From Candidatus Kuenenbacteria bacterium (GTDB taxonomy: Bacteria; Patescibacteriota; Patescibacteriia; UBA2196; GWA2-42-15), in assembly GCA_012797775.1 (NCBI GenBank), contig JAAZOM010000029.1, positions 3,722 through 67,721 of the forward strand: a stretch of 64,000 nucleotides of DNA, written 5' to 3'. Below are positions 1 to 9,066 of the stretch, piece after piece (the first letter of the stretch is position 1; each line of letters opens with the position of its first letter). Made by a program: the position numbers and the translations under genes. The notes beneath the pieces are model-generated. The model had not been told where the DNA came from. It saw nothing but the letters and a program-made list of their open reading frames with translations, and made no database searches.

Positions 1-230
1 AACTAGAATATAATAGTTTGATAAAAAATTTTGGTAGTGAGTTTGATATTTTGCTTCAGGTTGATTTAAAAAAGATTGCGGAGAAAAATAATTTTGATAT
101 TGCCGAGGGGATAAGAAGAGTAAGAGTGGGCGAACTTTTTATCAAGCCGGGCTATGATGGGCAGTATGGAGAAATAAAAATTTTTGGTTCGGAGAAAGAA
201 AGAAAAAGACAAATGAATTTATTTGAGTGA
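1..230 (+). CDS. 3' end of an unidentified CDS, probably continuing from upstream of the window
   Basis: The frame is open from base 3 through the stop at 228-230. A hairpin plus T-run (244-276) follows. Confidence 0.35.
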   Translation, partial: LEYNSLIKNFGSEFDILLQVDLKKIAEKNNFDIAEGIRRVRVGELFIKPGYDGQYGEIKIFGSEKERKRQMNLFE

Positions 231-243
231 GGTTTTTTAAAAG

Positions 244-276
244 CCAAAAATTCCCTAACATTAGGGAATTTTTGGT
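244..276 (+). terminator. Rho-independent terminator
   Basis: Inverted repeat CCAAAAATTCCCTAA..TTAGGGAATTTTTGG followed by TTTTC. Confidence 0.6.
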
Positions 277-311
277 TTTCTAGAGAACCTCTAGAGGTAT
301 CTAAAATTAGA

Positions 312-386
312 CTATTTCCTCTTTTTGGTCTTTTTTGCCTTTTTCACTTTCTTAACTGTTTTTTTCACTTTCTTTTTAGCTGCCAT
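312..386 (-). CDS. 24-aa Lys-rich peptide (MAAKKKVKKTVKKVKKAKKTKKRK)
   Basis: ATG lies 6 nt after a strong SD (AGGGGGTGAT) on the minus strand. It falls below the ORF-track cutoff. Confidence 0.35.
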   Translation of the reverse strand: MAAKKKVKKTVKKVKKAKKTKKRK

Positions 387-760
387 TTTTATCACCCCCT
401 TTCTGGTAAGATGCTTTCCTCATGTTGAGCGTTGAAAAATTCAGTAGAAAATTTTTCAACAAACGACGAGCACGGGAAAGAAAATTACTTTATAAAATTT
501 ATAGAAATATTTTTCGCAAATTTTTTTTAAAATATTTTTATAAATTTTTAAAGAAAAAAGTTATCCACAAGTGAACTGATATATTAATTATAAAATTATT
601 TTAATAAAATGTAAATAGTGAAAATAAAGTTGGAGAAAATAAAATAGAAAATTATAGAAATAAAATTTTTAAAATAAAAAACATTAATTGTTGTGTTAAT
701 GTTTTTTAATAAGATAAAATAATTTTGGCTGACCGTGTGAGATACGAACTGTTTTAAAAC

Positions 761-785
761 CCTCCTGCTCGCAAAGCAGGCGCCC
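761..785 (-). pseudogene. Duplicate of the tRNA-Ala(TGC) anticodon arm (tRNA fragment)
   Basis: 23 of 24 nt identical to positions 891-914 of the adjacent tRNA-Ala, with no complete cloverleaf around it. Confidence 0.4.
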
Positions 786-865
786 CGTCTGCCATCGCCT
801 TGAACACTACCGGGCTCGAACCGTTTGAGAGTAATACCAGGCCCTCCGCCCTGCTTTCAAGAAAT

Positions 866-939
866 TGGACTGTGCGAGATTCGAACTCGCGACCTCCTGC
901 TTGCAAAGCAGGCGCTCTAACCAACTGAGCTAACAGCCC
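866..939 (-). tRNA. tRNA-Ala (anticodon TGC)
   Basis: Hand-folded cloverleaf GGGCTGT..(anticodon loop TTTGCAA)..GGTTCGAATCT..ACAGTCCA, with a G3:U70-style acceptor stem. Confidence 0.85.
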
Positions 940-947
940 AAAATATT

Positions 948-1205
948 TTAGTATGGTTGAGTAAAATTGCCACCCATGCGCCCAAAGATTGAGACTAAAA
1001 GAGATTCACCAATACCGCTGATAGCTAGTAAGGCGATTATAATAATAGTAATGCCGATTAGCTTCCACATGAGGCGCGTGCCCCCATAGGTTCCAAGATA
1101 GTGATCAGCCCACTCTGTGTGCCCAAAGTTGTCAACAATGCTATTGCTATATTTGACAATAAAAAATCCGGCGACGATGGCGAGGAAGCTAAAAAAATAC
1201 TTCAT
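948..1205 (-). CDS. Small hypothetical membrane protein
   Basis: 85-aa ORF with hydrophobic segments. Confidence 0.5.
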   Translation of the reverse strand: MKYFFSFLAIVAGFFIVKYSNSIVDNFGHTEWADHYLGTYGGTRLMWKLIGITIIIIALLAISGIGESLLVSIFGRMGGNFTQPY

Positions 1206-1229
1206 ACTTTTGTTTTTTTAAAATTATAC

Positions 1230-1306
1230 TGGTGGACGATGTAGGGTTCGAACCTACGACCTCCTCGGTGTAAACGAGGCGCTCTAACCAACTGAGCTAA
1301 TCGTCC
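1230..1306 (-). tRNA. tRNA-Val (anticodon TAC), CCA encoded
   Basis: Cloverleaf GGACGAT..loop TTTACAC..GGTTCGAACCC..ATCGTCCACCA. Confidence 0.85.
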
Positions 1307-1310
1307 TTGT

Positions 1311-1331
1311 TGGTACCGCTACGGGGGATCG
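1311..1331 (-). repeat. 21-bp direct repeat of the tRNA-Glu 3' end (att-like)
   Basis: TGGTACCGCTACGGGGGATCG is identical at 1311-1331 and 1480-1500. The copies flank a ~148-bp segment. Confidence 0.7.
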
Positions 1332-1479
1332 GGTCCGGGGCAGCGGCAAATCCTGCGCCAGCTCTGATTTGCCGTCGTCTCGCTCGCCAATTTCGGCGGG
1401 CTCACTTCTGCCCTTCGATTCCCTGAGAATCAAAAATGTTTTGCCTTAAATCAGAATAATCAAAATTTAAAATATTCGG

Positions 1480-1554
1480 TGGTACCGCTACGGGGGATCG
1501 AACCCCGATTTTCAGGATGAAAACCTGATGTCCTAACCATTAGACGATAGCGGC
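1480..1554 (-). tRNA. tRNA-Glu (anticodon TTC), CCA encoded
   Basis: Cloverleaf GCCGCTA..loop TTTTCAT..CGGGGTTCGATCCCCCG..TAGCGGTACCA. Confidence 0.85.
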
Positions 1555-1690
1555 GCAAAAAGGTAAAGGTAGATTGTATTTTTAAAAAATAACCCTTTTT
1601 TGGGGTGAATACAAAAATATGGTATCATTATCTGGACAATTTGGCAAGGTTGAGGTAATAATATCTTTGTTATTATAAAGGATAATAAAT

Positions 1691-2806
1691 ATGTTGATTT
1701 TGGGTATTGAAACATCTTGTGACGAAACAGCAGCAGCCGTTTTGGAAATAAAGAACGGCAGTTTTAGAATTTTGTCCAATTTGGTCTCTTCGTCGGTAGA
1801 ATTACAGGCACGGTATGGCGGTATTGTGCCAGAAGTGGCGGCCAGAAAACAGGTAGAATTTGTAATGCCGGTTTTAGAGCAGGTTAAAAAACTAGGAATT
1901 CCAAAAAATATTGATTATATTGCAGTAACAAGTGGTCCGGGGTTGATTACTTCACTTCGAGTGGGGGTGGAGGCGGCTAGAACATTGAGTTATATTTGGA
2001 AAAAACCCTTAATGCAGGTTAATCATTTGGAAGGACACATTTATTCAGCTTTGCTGAATAAAATTCAAAATTCAAAATTCAAAGTCCCTGCCTCGCCGGC
2101 AGGCGGGCAAAATAAACCACAAATCCAAAATAAAAATTTTCAAAGGTTGCCAAAGCTGGTATTCCCAGCGTTGGCGTTGGTGGTGTCTGGCGGGCACACG
2201 CAGTTGGTTTTGATGAGGAATTATTTAGATTACAAAATTATTGGGGAGACTCTGGACGATGCGGTGGGAGAGGCTTTTGATAAAGTGGCAAAAATTTTGG
2301 ATTTAGGTTATCCTGGCGGGCCGGTTATTGCAAAAATGGCCGAAGGGGGGGATAAAAGTAGTTTTGAATTGCCAAGGCCAATGATGAATAGCGGGGATTA
2401 TAATTTTTCTTTTGCAGGATTAAAGACGGCGGTTTTATATAAAACTTTAAATCATAAAAATGTTAAATCATTAAAACAAAAAAGAGATTTGTGTGCTAGT
2501 TTTCAGGAGGCCTGTGTAGATGTTCTCATCAATAAAACAATCAGGGCGGCAAAAGAATATAAAGTAAAGACAATATTGGTGGGTGGTGGTGTGGCGGCGA
2601 ATAAAGAATTAAGAGAAAGATTGGAGAGAGAGGCTGGCGAATTGAAGGGAGTAAAATTATTGATACCAGAAATAAAGTATACTGGTGATAATGCGGCGAT
2701 GATCGCTTTGGTAGGGTATTTTAGGACAATAAGAGCATTAAAGCGCAAAAGTATTAAAAAGGTAGACTGGGGGAAGGCAAAAGTGGATCCGAATATGGAG
2801 CTATAA
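1691..2806 (+). CDS. tsaD: tRNA N6-adenosine threonylcarbamoyltransferase TsaD (Kae1/YgjD family)
   Basis: N-terminus MLILGIETSCDETAAAVL plus conserved GPG and HLEGH motifs. It carries a ~30-aa low-complexity insertion (IQNSKFKVPASPAGGQNKPQIQNKNF) encoded by a repeat element. Confidence 0.9.
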   Translation: MLILGIETSCDETAAAVLEIKNGSFRILSNLVSSSVELQARYGGIVPEVAARKQVEFVMPVLEQVKKLGIPKNIDYIAVTSGPGLITSLRVGVEAARTLSYIWKKPLMQVNHLEGHIYSALLNKIQNSKFKVPASPAGGQNKPQIQNKNFQRLPKLVFPALALVVSGGHTQLVLMRNYLDYKIIGETLDDAVGEAFDKVAKILDLGYPGGPVIAKMAEGGDKSSFELPRPMMNSGDYNFSFAGLKTAVLYKTLNHKNVKSLKQKRDLCASFQEACVDVLINKTIRAAKEYKVKTILVGGGVAANKELRERLEREAGELKGVKLLIPEIKYTGDNAAMIALVGYFRTIRALKRKSIKKVDWGKAKVDPNMEL

Positions 2807-2861
2807 ATAAGAAGAATAATACCGTCGGTTATGTAACCGACGGTATTATTTTTTATAAAAG

Positions 2862-3425
2862 TTATATTTTATCGCGGAGTTTGAGATCGTAGATGATCGA
2901 TTCTATTTTCTTGAGATTGGTGCCGATGATTTCTAGTTTGGTCCGAGTGGAATTATTTCTAGTGATACTCAAAGGAATAATCAAATCATAGATTTTGGAG
3001 ACATAGTCGTGAATGGCTTTAACCTGTTTTTCGTTTTGATGGGCTAGCCGGACGAGTTCACCGGTCAGATCGGAGAGACCGCCGAGATAAGTGTCGGGCG
3101 TGACCTTGAGCGAGGTGGCAGTGGGCAGGGGTTTATTTTTTATATAATTGTAAAGTAGGACAGCCTCGACGTATTCTTCAAAACCGACATTGATGGCGGG
3201 GATGGCATAAAGATATGGATGGCGACCTAACTTTTTTTGAAGGACATCAAAGATTTTGTGCATTTCCGGTAAGTTTTTGACCACGGCCTCGGAATTATTT
3301 TTAATCAGAAAACTGATAGTTGATTTGGATAAAATTCGTAGCTTGTCGGAGAGATTCATGCAAGCGCTGCGTTCGCGGTTGTGCTCTTCGTAGAGCCTGT
3401 AGGGGATCTGGGGAAGTTTGGGCAT
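2862..3425 (-). CDS. Translin-family protein (putative)
   Basis: YLGGLSDLTGELVRLA resembles the translin/TRAX signature. Recognised by eye only. Confidence 0.4.
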   Translation of the reverse strand: MPKLPQIPYRLYEEHNRERSACMNLSDKLRILSKSTISFLIKNNSEAVVKNLPEMHKIFDVLQKKLGRHPYLYAIPAINVGFEEYVEAVLLYNYIKNKPLPTATSLKVTPDTYLGGLSDLTGELVRLAHQNEKQVKAIHDYVSKIYDLIIPLSITRNNSTRTKLEIIGTNLKKIESIIYDLKLRDKI

Positions 3426-3456
3426 AAAATAAATTAAAAAATAAAAGCAAGGATCC

Positions 3457-3533
3457 TGGTGGGCATGCTGGGATTTGAACCCAGGACCCCCACTTTATAA
3501 GAGTGGTGCTCTAACCAACTGAGCTACATGCCC
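3457..3533 (-). tRNA. tRNA with anticodon TAT (tRNA-Ile-UAU type), CCA encoded
   Basis: Cloverleaf GGGCATG..anticodon stem CCACT/AGTGG with loop CTTATAA..GGGTTCAAATCCCAG..CATGCCCACCA. Confidence 0.75.
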
Positions 3534-3597
3534 ATATAAATTAACCTAAAATTCAAAGCCTAAAGCTCAAAAGCAAAATAATAAAAAATATTTATTA

Positions 3598-3674
3598 TGG
3601 TGGGTCCGAGAGGAGTTGAACCTCTGACCTCTTGCGTGTCATGCAAGCGCTCTAACCAACTGAGCTACGAACCC
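3598..3674 (-). tRNA. tRNA-Val (anticodon GAC), CCA encoded
   Basis: Cloverleaf GGGTTCG..loop ATGACAC..GGTTCAACTCC..CGGACCCACCA. Confidence 0.85.
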
Positions 3675-3743
3675 AATTTATTTTATTGACAATTAAAACT
3701 AGAACTATGATTATTTAAATTATAGAGTATTATGGTTTTATTT

Positions 3744-4883
3744 TCAATGGATGGGCCGGATAAATTCCCTTAGTTGATTTATAACTGCTTGTTCCGCCAA
3801 AATCAGTCGGGTTTCTTTTAGTTGAAAACAGGCCCGATTTTTTGTACCAGTGCCCTGCCATGGACTGGCAAGATCAAGGGCGTTGTAGTTGGGTGAGGTA
3901 TAGATCTCTCCATTTATATTGCCAGTATTTGTTTCAAATAAAAGAACGGTAATTTTGATATGCGGGGAACGAGAGAGGAGTTCGTTTACTACGCCCTCTA
4001 GATCTTCAATAGAGCCACCGGATTTTTGAAAGTCAGTTTGGCTGACAAGAGACCAGGCCAGATTATAGTGGGTGTCTTGTTTGAGACGAGCCAAGATGCG
4101 GCCCCAGAGATTGAGGGTGGTGATGCTTTTGTTTTTATTGAGATTATTGATAATGTAGCTTTGATCTGCCCCGAGCTTCATAAGGTAAGAGGCATTGTGC
4201 AAACACTCCGGGGTAATAGCAGGGGTGCGGAAGTTTTCTGTTTTTAAAATAATACCGGAGAGTAGATTGGTAGCAATTTCTGAATTTATGTTTTCTGGTT
4301 GAGTGCTGTTTAAAAGATTGAAAAGCAACTCTGAGCAAGAAGAGGTGTTTAGGCTGATGTGGTTTATCTGCCCAAACCTTTCATTGGCGGGGTGATTGTC
4401 AATATTGATAATAGTAGTTTGGAAAAAAAATTCTGGCTCTTTAGAATAAAGACGCCCAAGAGATTCAAGGTCTTGGCAGCCGGCGGTAATAATTAAGTCA
4501 TATTTATAATTACTGGGTTCTATCGTAATAGATTCTTTTTTAATTTCACCAGACAGGGGGGTAATATAAATTTTTAATTGATTGTTTTTGAGGTTGTAAT
4601 TAAAATCTTTGACGGGATTTTTTTCGACATCTAGAGTTATGATTAGTTTTTTTAGTGGTTCATTGATTGTTTTAATGTTTTCTGAACCAAAGAGAAAAGA
4701 AAATTTATTTTTTAATTTTTCACTCACGACAATATCTGCTGGCTTGTTTATTTTTTGGAGAAACAATTTGAGCGCCAAGATAGAGGCGATGCCGTCGCCC
4801 GTATCGTTTTCGTTAGTAGTGAGTAGAATATGGTGTGAATTTTTGATTAATTCAGAAATTTGTTGGTTGAGGGTGAGAGACAT
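3744..4883 (-). CDS. DHH-family phosphoesterase (NrnA-like oligoribonuclease/pAp phosphatase)
   Basis: N-terminal DTGDGIASILAL motif and a DNH(P) motif, with a DHH/DHHA1-like architecture. Confidence 0.7.
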   Translation of the reverse strand: MSLTLNQQISELIKNSHHILLTTNENDTGDGIASILALKLFLQKINKPADIVVSEKLKNKFSFLFGSENIKTINEPLKKLIITLDVEKNPVKDFNYNLKNNQLKIYITPLSGEIKKESITIEPSNYKYDLIITAGCQDLESLGRLYSKEPEFFFQTTIINIDNHPANERFGQINHISLNTSSCSELLFNLLNSTQPENINSEIATNLLSGIILKTENFRTPAITPECLHNASYLMKLGADQSYIINNLNKNKSITTLNLWGRILARLKQDTHYNLAWSLVSQTDFQKSGGSIEDLEGVVNELLSRSPHIKITVLLFETNTGNINGEIYTSPNYNALDLASPWQGTGTKNRACFQLKETRLILAEQAVINQLREFIRPIH

Positions 4884-5025
4884 TGGAGGAGCAATAAATT
4901 AAAAAATATTAAGTTAATATATAGGAGCACCCGGGATGTGTCAAGGGCGTAAATTGGCAAAAGAGCCTCAAATAAGGAGAAAAGGCTTCTTTTTTATTTG
5001 ACTTTGCTTATTTTTTAACGTAAGA

Positions 5026-7035
5026 TTGAATAATATGAATGTGACAGAATTGGCGAGAAAATTAAAGATTACACCAAACAAGTTGAAGGAAATAATGCCG
5101 CAACTCGGTTTTGATATTGGGGCGAGGGCGATAAAGGTGGATCCCAAGATGGCGCAGGCAATAATAGAAAAAATGTCTGATCCAGCGGTGAGAGAGAAAT
5201 ATTTGAATGAGGGTGAGCCTATGACAAAGAGAGAGACAGCCCAAGAAGAAAAAAAACAAGAAGGGGAAGTCGGTATTATAAAAGTACCAGAGAAAATAGT
5301 GGTAAAAGAGCTAGCGAGAAGAATGAACATACCGGTGGCTAATCTAATTTTAGAATTGATGAAAAATGGAGTGATGGCACCACTGAATCAATATATTGAT
5401 TTTGAGACAGCGTCTATCATCGCTGAAGATATGGGTTTTGGGGTAGAAAAATCAGAGGAGAGTGATCTGGAAATAGATAATGAAGCGGAACAGAGGAAAC
5501 TTTTGGCGATAGATCAGGACAGTGCTAGCCCAAGGCCGCCGATAGTAGTGGTGATGGGCCATGTGGATCACGGTAAAACAAAATTGTTGGATGCTATTAG
5601 AAATACAAATATAATGGAAGGGGAGGCCGGTGGTATTACTCAACATATTGGAGCTTATCAGGTGGAAAGAGGGGGAAGACTCCTGACCTTTATTGACACT
5701 CCAGGACACGAGGCTTTTTCGGCAATGCGTTCAAGGGGGGCCAAGGTGGCTGATATTGCGATACTTCTAGTGGCGGCTGATGATGGGGTCCAGCCGCAAA
5801 CAATAGAGGCCTTGGCGCACATTAGAAAAGCCGAGCTACCATTTATTGTAGCAATAAACAAAATAGATAAACCCGGAGCCAACATAGAAAAAGTGAAGGG
5901 CGATTTGGCAAATATTGGTCTTGCACCAGAAGACTGGGGCGGAAAAACTATTTGCGTAGAAATATCGGCCAAGGAAAATATAAATATTTCTTTACTTTTA
6001 GAAAATTTATTTTTGGTGGCTGATTTAAATAAAGAAAAGATTGTAGCCAATATTTCCGTGGCGGCCGCCGGGACGATTATTGAATCACACATAGATAAGG
6101 GTGAGGGTCCAGTAGCGACTGTCTTGATCCAAAACGGGACGCTGATGGGGGGTGATTTGGTAAAGATCGGTAATGTGGTTGGCAAGATCAGAATAATGAA
6201 AAATTGGAAGGGAGAGCAAATAGAAAAAGCGACACCCTCAATGCCAGTAAGGATTTTGGGCTTAAAGGCGATACCCAGAGTGGGCGATATTTTGCAAGTA
6301 GTAGAGAATCAAAAAGAGTTGAAAAAATTGTCAAAGATAAAAATTAGCGAGCCGCAGAGGGTGGTCAGTAATACTTTTAACAGTCGGGATAAAAACAATG
6401 AGGAAGAAAATGAAAAGCCCAAAGTAAATATTATTCTCAAGTCAGATGTGTTGGGTTCGGTGGAGGCGATAATAGAGTCTTTACTAAAAATAGAAAAAGG
6501 GGGAGTCTCGGTCGCCGTGATAAAACAGGGCCTTGGTAATATAACCGAAAAGGATATAGAGCAGGCGGCGGCTCTTGGCGCGGAGGTGCTTGGGTTTAAT
6601 GTAAAAATTACACCGGAGGCTAAAAAGATGTCTACAGACAAAGGGGTTGAAGCGGTCGTGTCTGGGGTTATTTATGATCTACTTGATTTTGTAGAAAAAA
6701 AAGTAATTGACTTGGCCGGAGTAGAAATAATAGAAAAGGTGGTTGGTCGCTTGAAGGTAGTGGCAATATTTAGAACAGAAAAGAGAGAACAGATTATCGG
6801 AGGAAAAGTGGAGAGTGGACGGGCGGTTCCAGAGATACAAGCGAGGGTTTTCCGGAAAAATCAATTGGTAGGCGAAATTAAAATAAAAGAGGTTGAGGCC
6901 GGTCGGACGAAAGTAAAAGAGGTTTTGGAGGGAGAGGAATGCGGCATGAGAATAGAATCAAAGATAGAAATAGAAAAGAATGATGTTCTGGAATTATTTA
7001 CAAGAGAAGAGAAAAAGAGATATGGACAGTCATAA
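5026..7035 (+). CDS. infB: Translation initiation factor IF-2
   Basis: GHVDHGKTKLLD, DTPGHEAF and NKID G-domain motifs, with IF-2 domain order. Confidence 0.95.
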   Translation: MNNMNVTELARKLKITPNKLKEIMPQLGFDIGARAIKVDPKMAQAIIEKMSDPAVREKYLNEGEPMTKRETAQEEKKQEGEVGIIKVPEKIVVKELARRMNIPVANLILELMKNGVMAPLNQYIDFETASIIAEDMGFGVEKSEESDLEIDNEAEQRKLLAIDQDSASPRPPIVVVMGHVDHGKTKLLDAIRNTNIMEGEAGGITQHIGAYQVERGGRLLTFIDTPGHEAFSAMRSRGAKVADIAILLVAADDGVQPQTIEALAHIRKAELPFIVAINKIDKPGANIEKVKGDLANIGLAPEDWGGKTICVEISAKENINISLLLENLFLVADLNKEKIVANISVAAAGTIIESHIDKGEGPVATVLIQNGTLMGGDLVKIGNVVGKIRIMKNWKGEQIEKATPSMPVRILGLKAIPRVGDILQVVENQKELKKLSKIKISEPQRVVSNTFNSRDKNNEEENEKPKVNIILKSDVLGSVEAIIESLLKIEKGGVSVAVIKQGLGNITEKDIEQAAALGAEVLGFNVKITPEAKKMSTDKGVEAVVSGVIYDLLDFVEKKVIDLAGVEIIEKVVGRLKVVAIFRTEKREQIIGGKVESGRAVPEIQARVFRKNQLVGEIKIKEVEAGRTKVKEVLEGEECGMRIESKIEIEKNDVLELFTREEKKRYGQS

Positions 7036-7045
7036 GGGAGAAAGA

Positions 7046-7381
7046 ATGAACAATTTGATAAAAGAGGGCCTGGGGGAGATACTGCAGAATGAGGTGGAAA
7101 TTGGGGAGGGAATTTTTGTTAGTATAGGTTCGGCAGAGGTGACGCCGGATTTGTCGCTGGCCAAGATATGGATAAACGTTTGGCCTTTAGAAAAATCCAA
7201 TGAGGTATTAGAAATTTTAAAAAAGAACAATTTTAGATTGCGCCAAGAGCTGGCTGGTAAGATGGATTTGCGTCGGGTGCCAAGATTGTTTTTTCAGATA
7301 GATACGGAAGAAATAGAAGATGAGAAGCAGAGAAGGGTGGTGGATGATATTCTGGATAAAATAAGAAAAGAAGAAGGTTGA
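7046..7381 (+). CDS. rbfA: Ribosome-binding factor A
   Basis: Immediately downstream of infB. SD AGGGAG lies 7 nt upstream of ATG 7046. RbfA-like length and composition. Confidence 0.75.
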   Translation: MNNLIKEGLGEILQNEVEIGEGIFVSIGSAEVTPDLSLAKIWINVWPLEKSNEVLEILKKNNFRLRQELAGKMDLRRVPRLFFQIDTEEIEDEKQRRVVDDILDKIRKEEG

Positions 7382-7414
7382 CAGCTCTTTATCTGGCTGG
7401 TAGACTGGGATGAT

Positions 7415-8398
7415 ATGTTTAAAATAAATGAGGATAATAAAATAATTAGCCAGGCCACAATTTTGGCAGAAAAGATAGAGGGGGCTACGAATATTTTGAT
7501 TTTTACCCATAAGGATCCAGACACTGATGCGATTGGCTCCCTTATGGTGATGTCTCGTTTTTTGTCCAAGAGGGGGAAAAATCACCAGATTTTTTTATCA
7601 ATGCCTTTATTAGAAAGGTTTTTTTATTTAAAAGAGAGTGTCAGGATAATCGATGATAAGACAGAAATAAAAAGAGAAAATTTTGATCTGATTATTGGAT
7701 TGGATTGCTCAAATTTGGATTGGAGCGGCATTGAGGAAGTATTGGTCAGAAAGAAAGCAGAGGGTGTTTTTTTTGTAAATATAGATCATCATCCAAATAG
7801 TAATTTTGCTGATTTAAATATAGTAGACAAGGGAAAGGCATCAACTACTTTATTGCTTTATAATTTATTTGTTTTGTGGAAAGTAGAAATTGATGAAAGG
7901 ACGGCAACTCAAATTTTAGCTGGCTTAATAGCTGATACGAATTGTTTCACCAATACGGCTACTGGACCAGAGGCTTATTTCGCGGCGGCAGAGCTGTTGC
8001 GTCTGGGTGCACGCTATACTTATGTGGTGTCACAATTTCAAAGAAATGATCAGAGTAATTGGTTTGCCACTTGGTCAAAGATATTATCAAGATTGACAAA
8101 AAATGATAAAATTAATTTGGCTTATTCGGTGGTGTTACCAGAGGACGTTGAGGGCGGGGGCTCTGGGATATTGGATGGCGCAACCAATTTTTTGAGTAAT
8201 TTGTCGGGCATTAGGATGGCGATGATAATTAAGGAAAGCGCCAGTGGGGAAATAAAGGTAAGCATGAGGTCGCTTGATGGCAAGATAAATGTAGCAAAAT
8301 TGGCTCACGTGTTTGGCGGAGGGGGGCACGAGAAGGCGGCTGGGTTTTCGCTTCGGGGTAGAATAGAAAGGGAAAATAGATATTGGCAGATAGTATAA
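7415..8398 (+). CDS. DHH/DHHA1 phosphoesterase (second NrnA-like paralog)
   Basis: DPDTDAIGS, NIDHHPN (DHH) and GGGGH (DHHA1) motifs. Confidence 0.75.
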   Translation: MFKINEDNKIISQATILAEKIEGATNILIFTHKDPDTDAIGSLMVMSRFLSKRGKNHQIFLSMPLLERFFYLKESVRIIDDKTEIKRENFDLIIGLDCSNLDWSGIEEVLVRKKAEGVFFVNIDHHPNSNFADLNIVDKGKASTTLLLYNLFVLWKVEIDERTATQILAGLIADTNCFTNTATGPEAYFAAAELLRLGARYTYVVSQFQRNDQSNWFATWSKILSRLTKNDKINLAYSVVLPEDVEGGGSGILDGATNFLSNLSGIRMAMIIKESASGEIKVSMRSLDGKINVAKLAHVFGGGGHEKAAGFSLRGRIERENRYWQIV

Positions 8399-8428
8399 AG
8401 TAATTTTAAATTTTAAAATACTCAAATT

Positions 8429-9007
8429 ATGTTTTTGATACCAACAGTGATAGAAAAATCTCAAATGGGGGAAAGGGCTTATGATATCTATTCTCGTCTT
8501 TTGAAAGATAGGATAATTTTTTTGGGTGATATGATCAGCGATCCTTTGGCCAACACAGTCATCGCCCAGATGCTCCTTTTGGATTCGCAGAATAAGGAAA
8601 AAGACATAAAACTTTATATAAATTCCCCCGGGGGGTCGGTGACGGCAGGTTTGGCCATTTATGATACGATGCAATATATCAAATCTCCAGTGCAGACGAT
8701 CTGTATTGGCACAGCCGCCAGCATGGCAGCAGTGCTTTTGGCGGCAGGTGAAAAGGGGAAGAGGCTGTCTTTGCCCAACGCCGAGATAATGTTGCACCAG
8801 GTGATGGGCGGGGCAGAGGGGCAGGCGAGCGACGTAAAGATAAGGGCGGAACACATTTTAAAGATAAAAGACAAATTAAACAAATTAATAGCCAAGCATA
8901 CTGGGCAAGAGCTCAAAAAGATAGAAAGAGATACAGACAGGGATTATTTTATGAGTGCAGAAGAGGCTAAAGACTATGGAATTATAGATAAAATTATAAG
9001 CAACTGA
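8429..9007 (+). CDS. clpP: ATP-dependent Clp protease proteolytic subunit
   Basis: [27 protein letters not shown] (catalytic Ser), MLHQ (His). Confidence 0.95.
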   Translation: MFLIPTVIEKSQMGERAYDIYSRLLKDRIIFLGDMISDPLANTVIAQMLLLDSQNKEKDIKLYINSPGGSVTAGLAIYDTMQYIKSPVQTICIGTAASMAAVLLAAGEKGKRLSLPNAEIMLHQVMGGAEGQASDVKIRAEHILKIKDKLNKLIAKHTGQELKKIERDTDRDYFMSAEEAKDYGIIDKIISN

Positions 9008-9066
9008 TGGTCTTGCCAGTAGGTAAAAAAAATAGTAAGATAAGAATAAATTAATATAATAAAAAT

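Noticed and set aside
1332-1479. SRP (4.5S) RNA in the tRNA-Glu-adjacent GC-rich segment
   Set aside because: GGGTCCGGGGCAGC and AGCTGGCGCAGG weakly resemble helix-8 strands, but the GNRA tetraloop context and the single long hairpin are not evident. Left as a hypothesis for cmsearch.
5658-6185. Long antisense ORFs inside infB, rpoB, rpoC, polA, korA, the LTD gene and others (many entries in the ORF track)
   Set aside because: They lie entirely within strongly supported genes on the opposite strand, have no RBS, and have low-complexity translations typical of antisense frames in AT-rich DNA.
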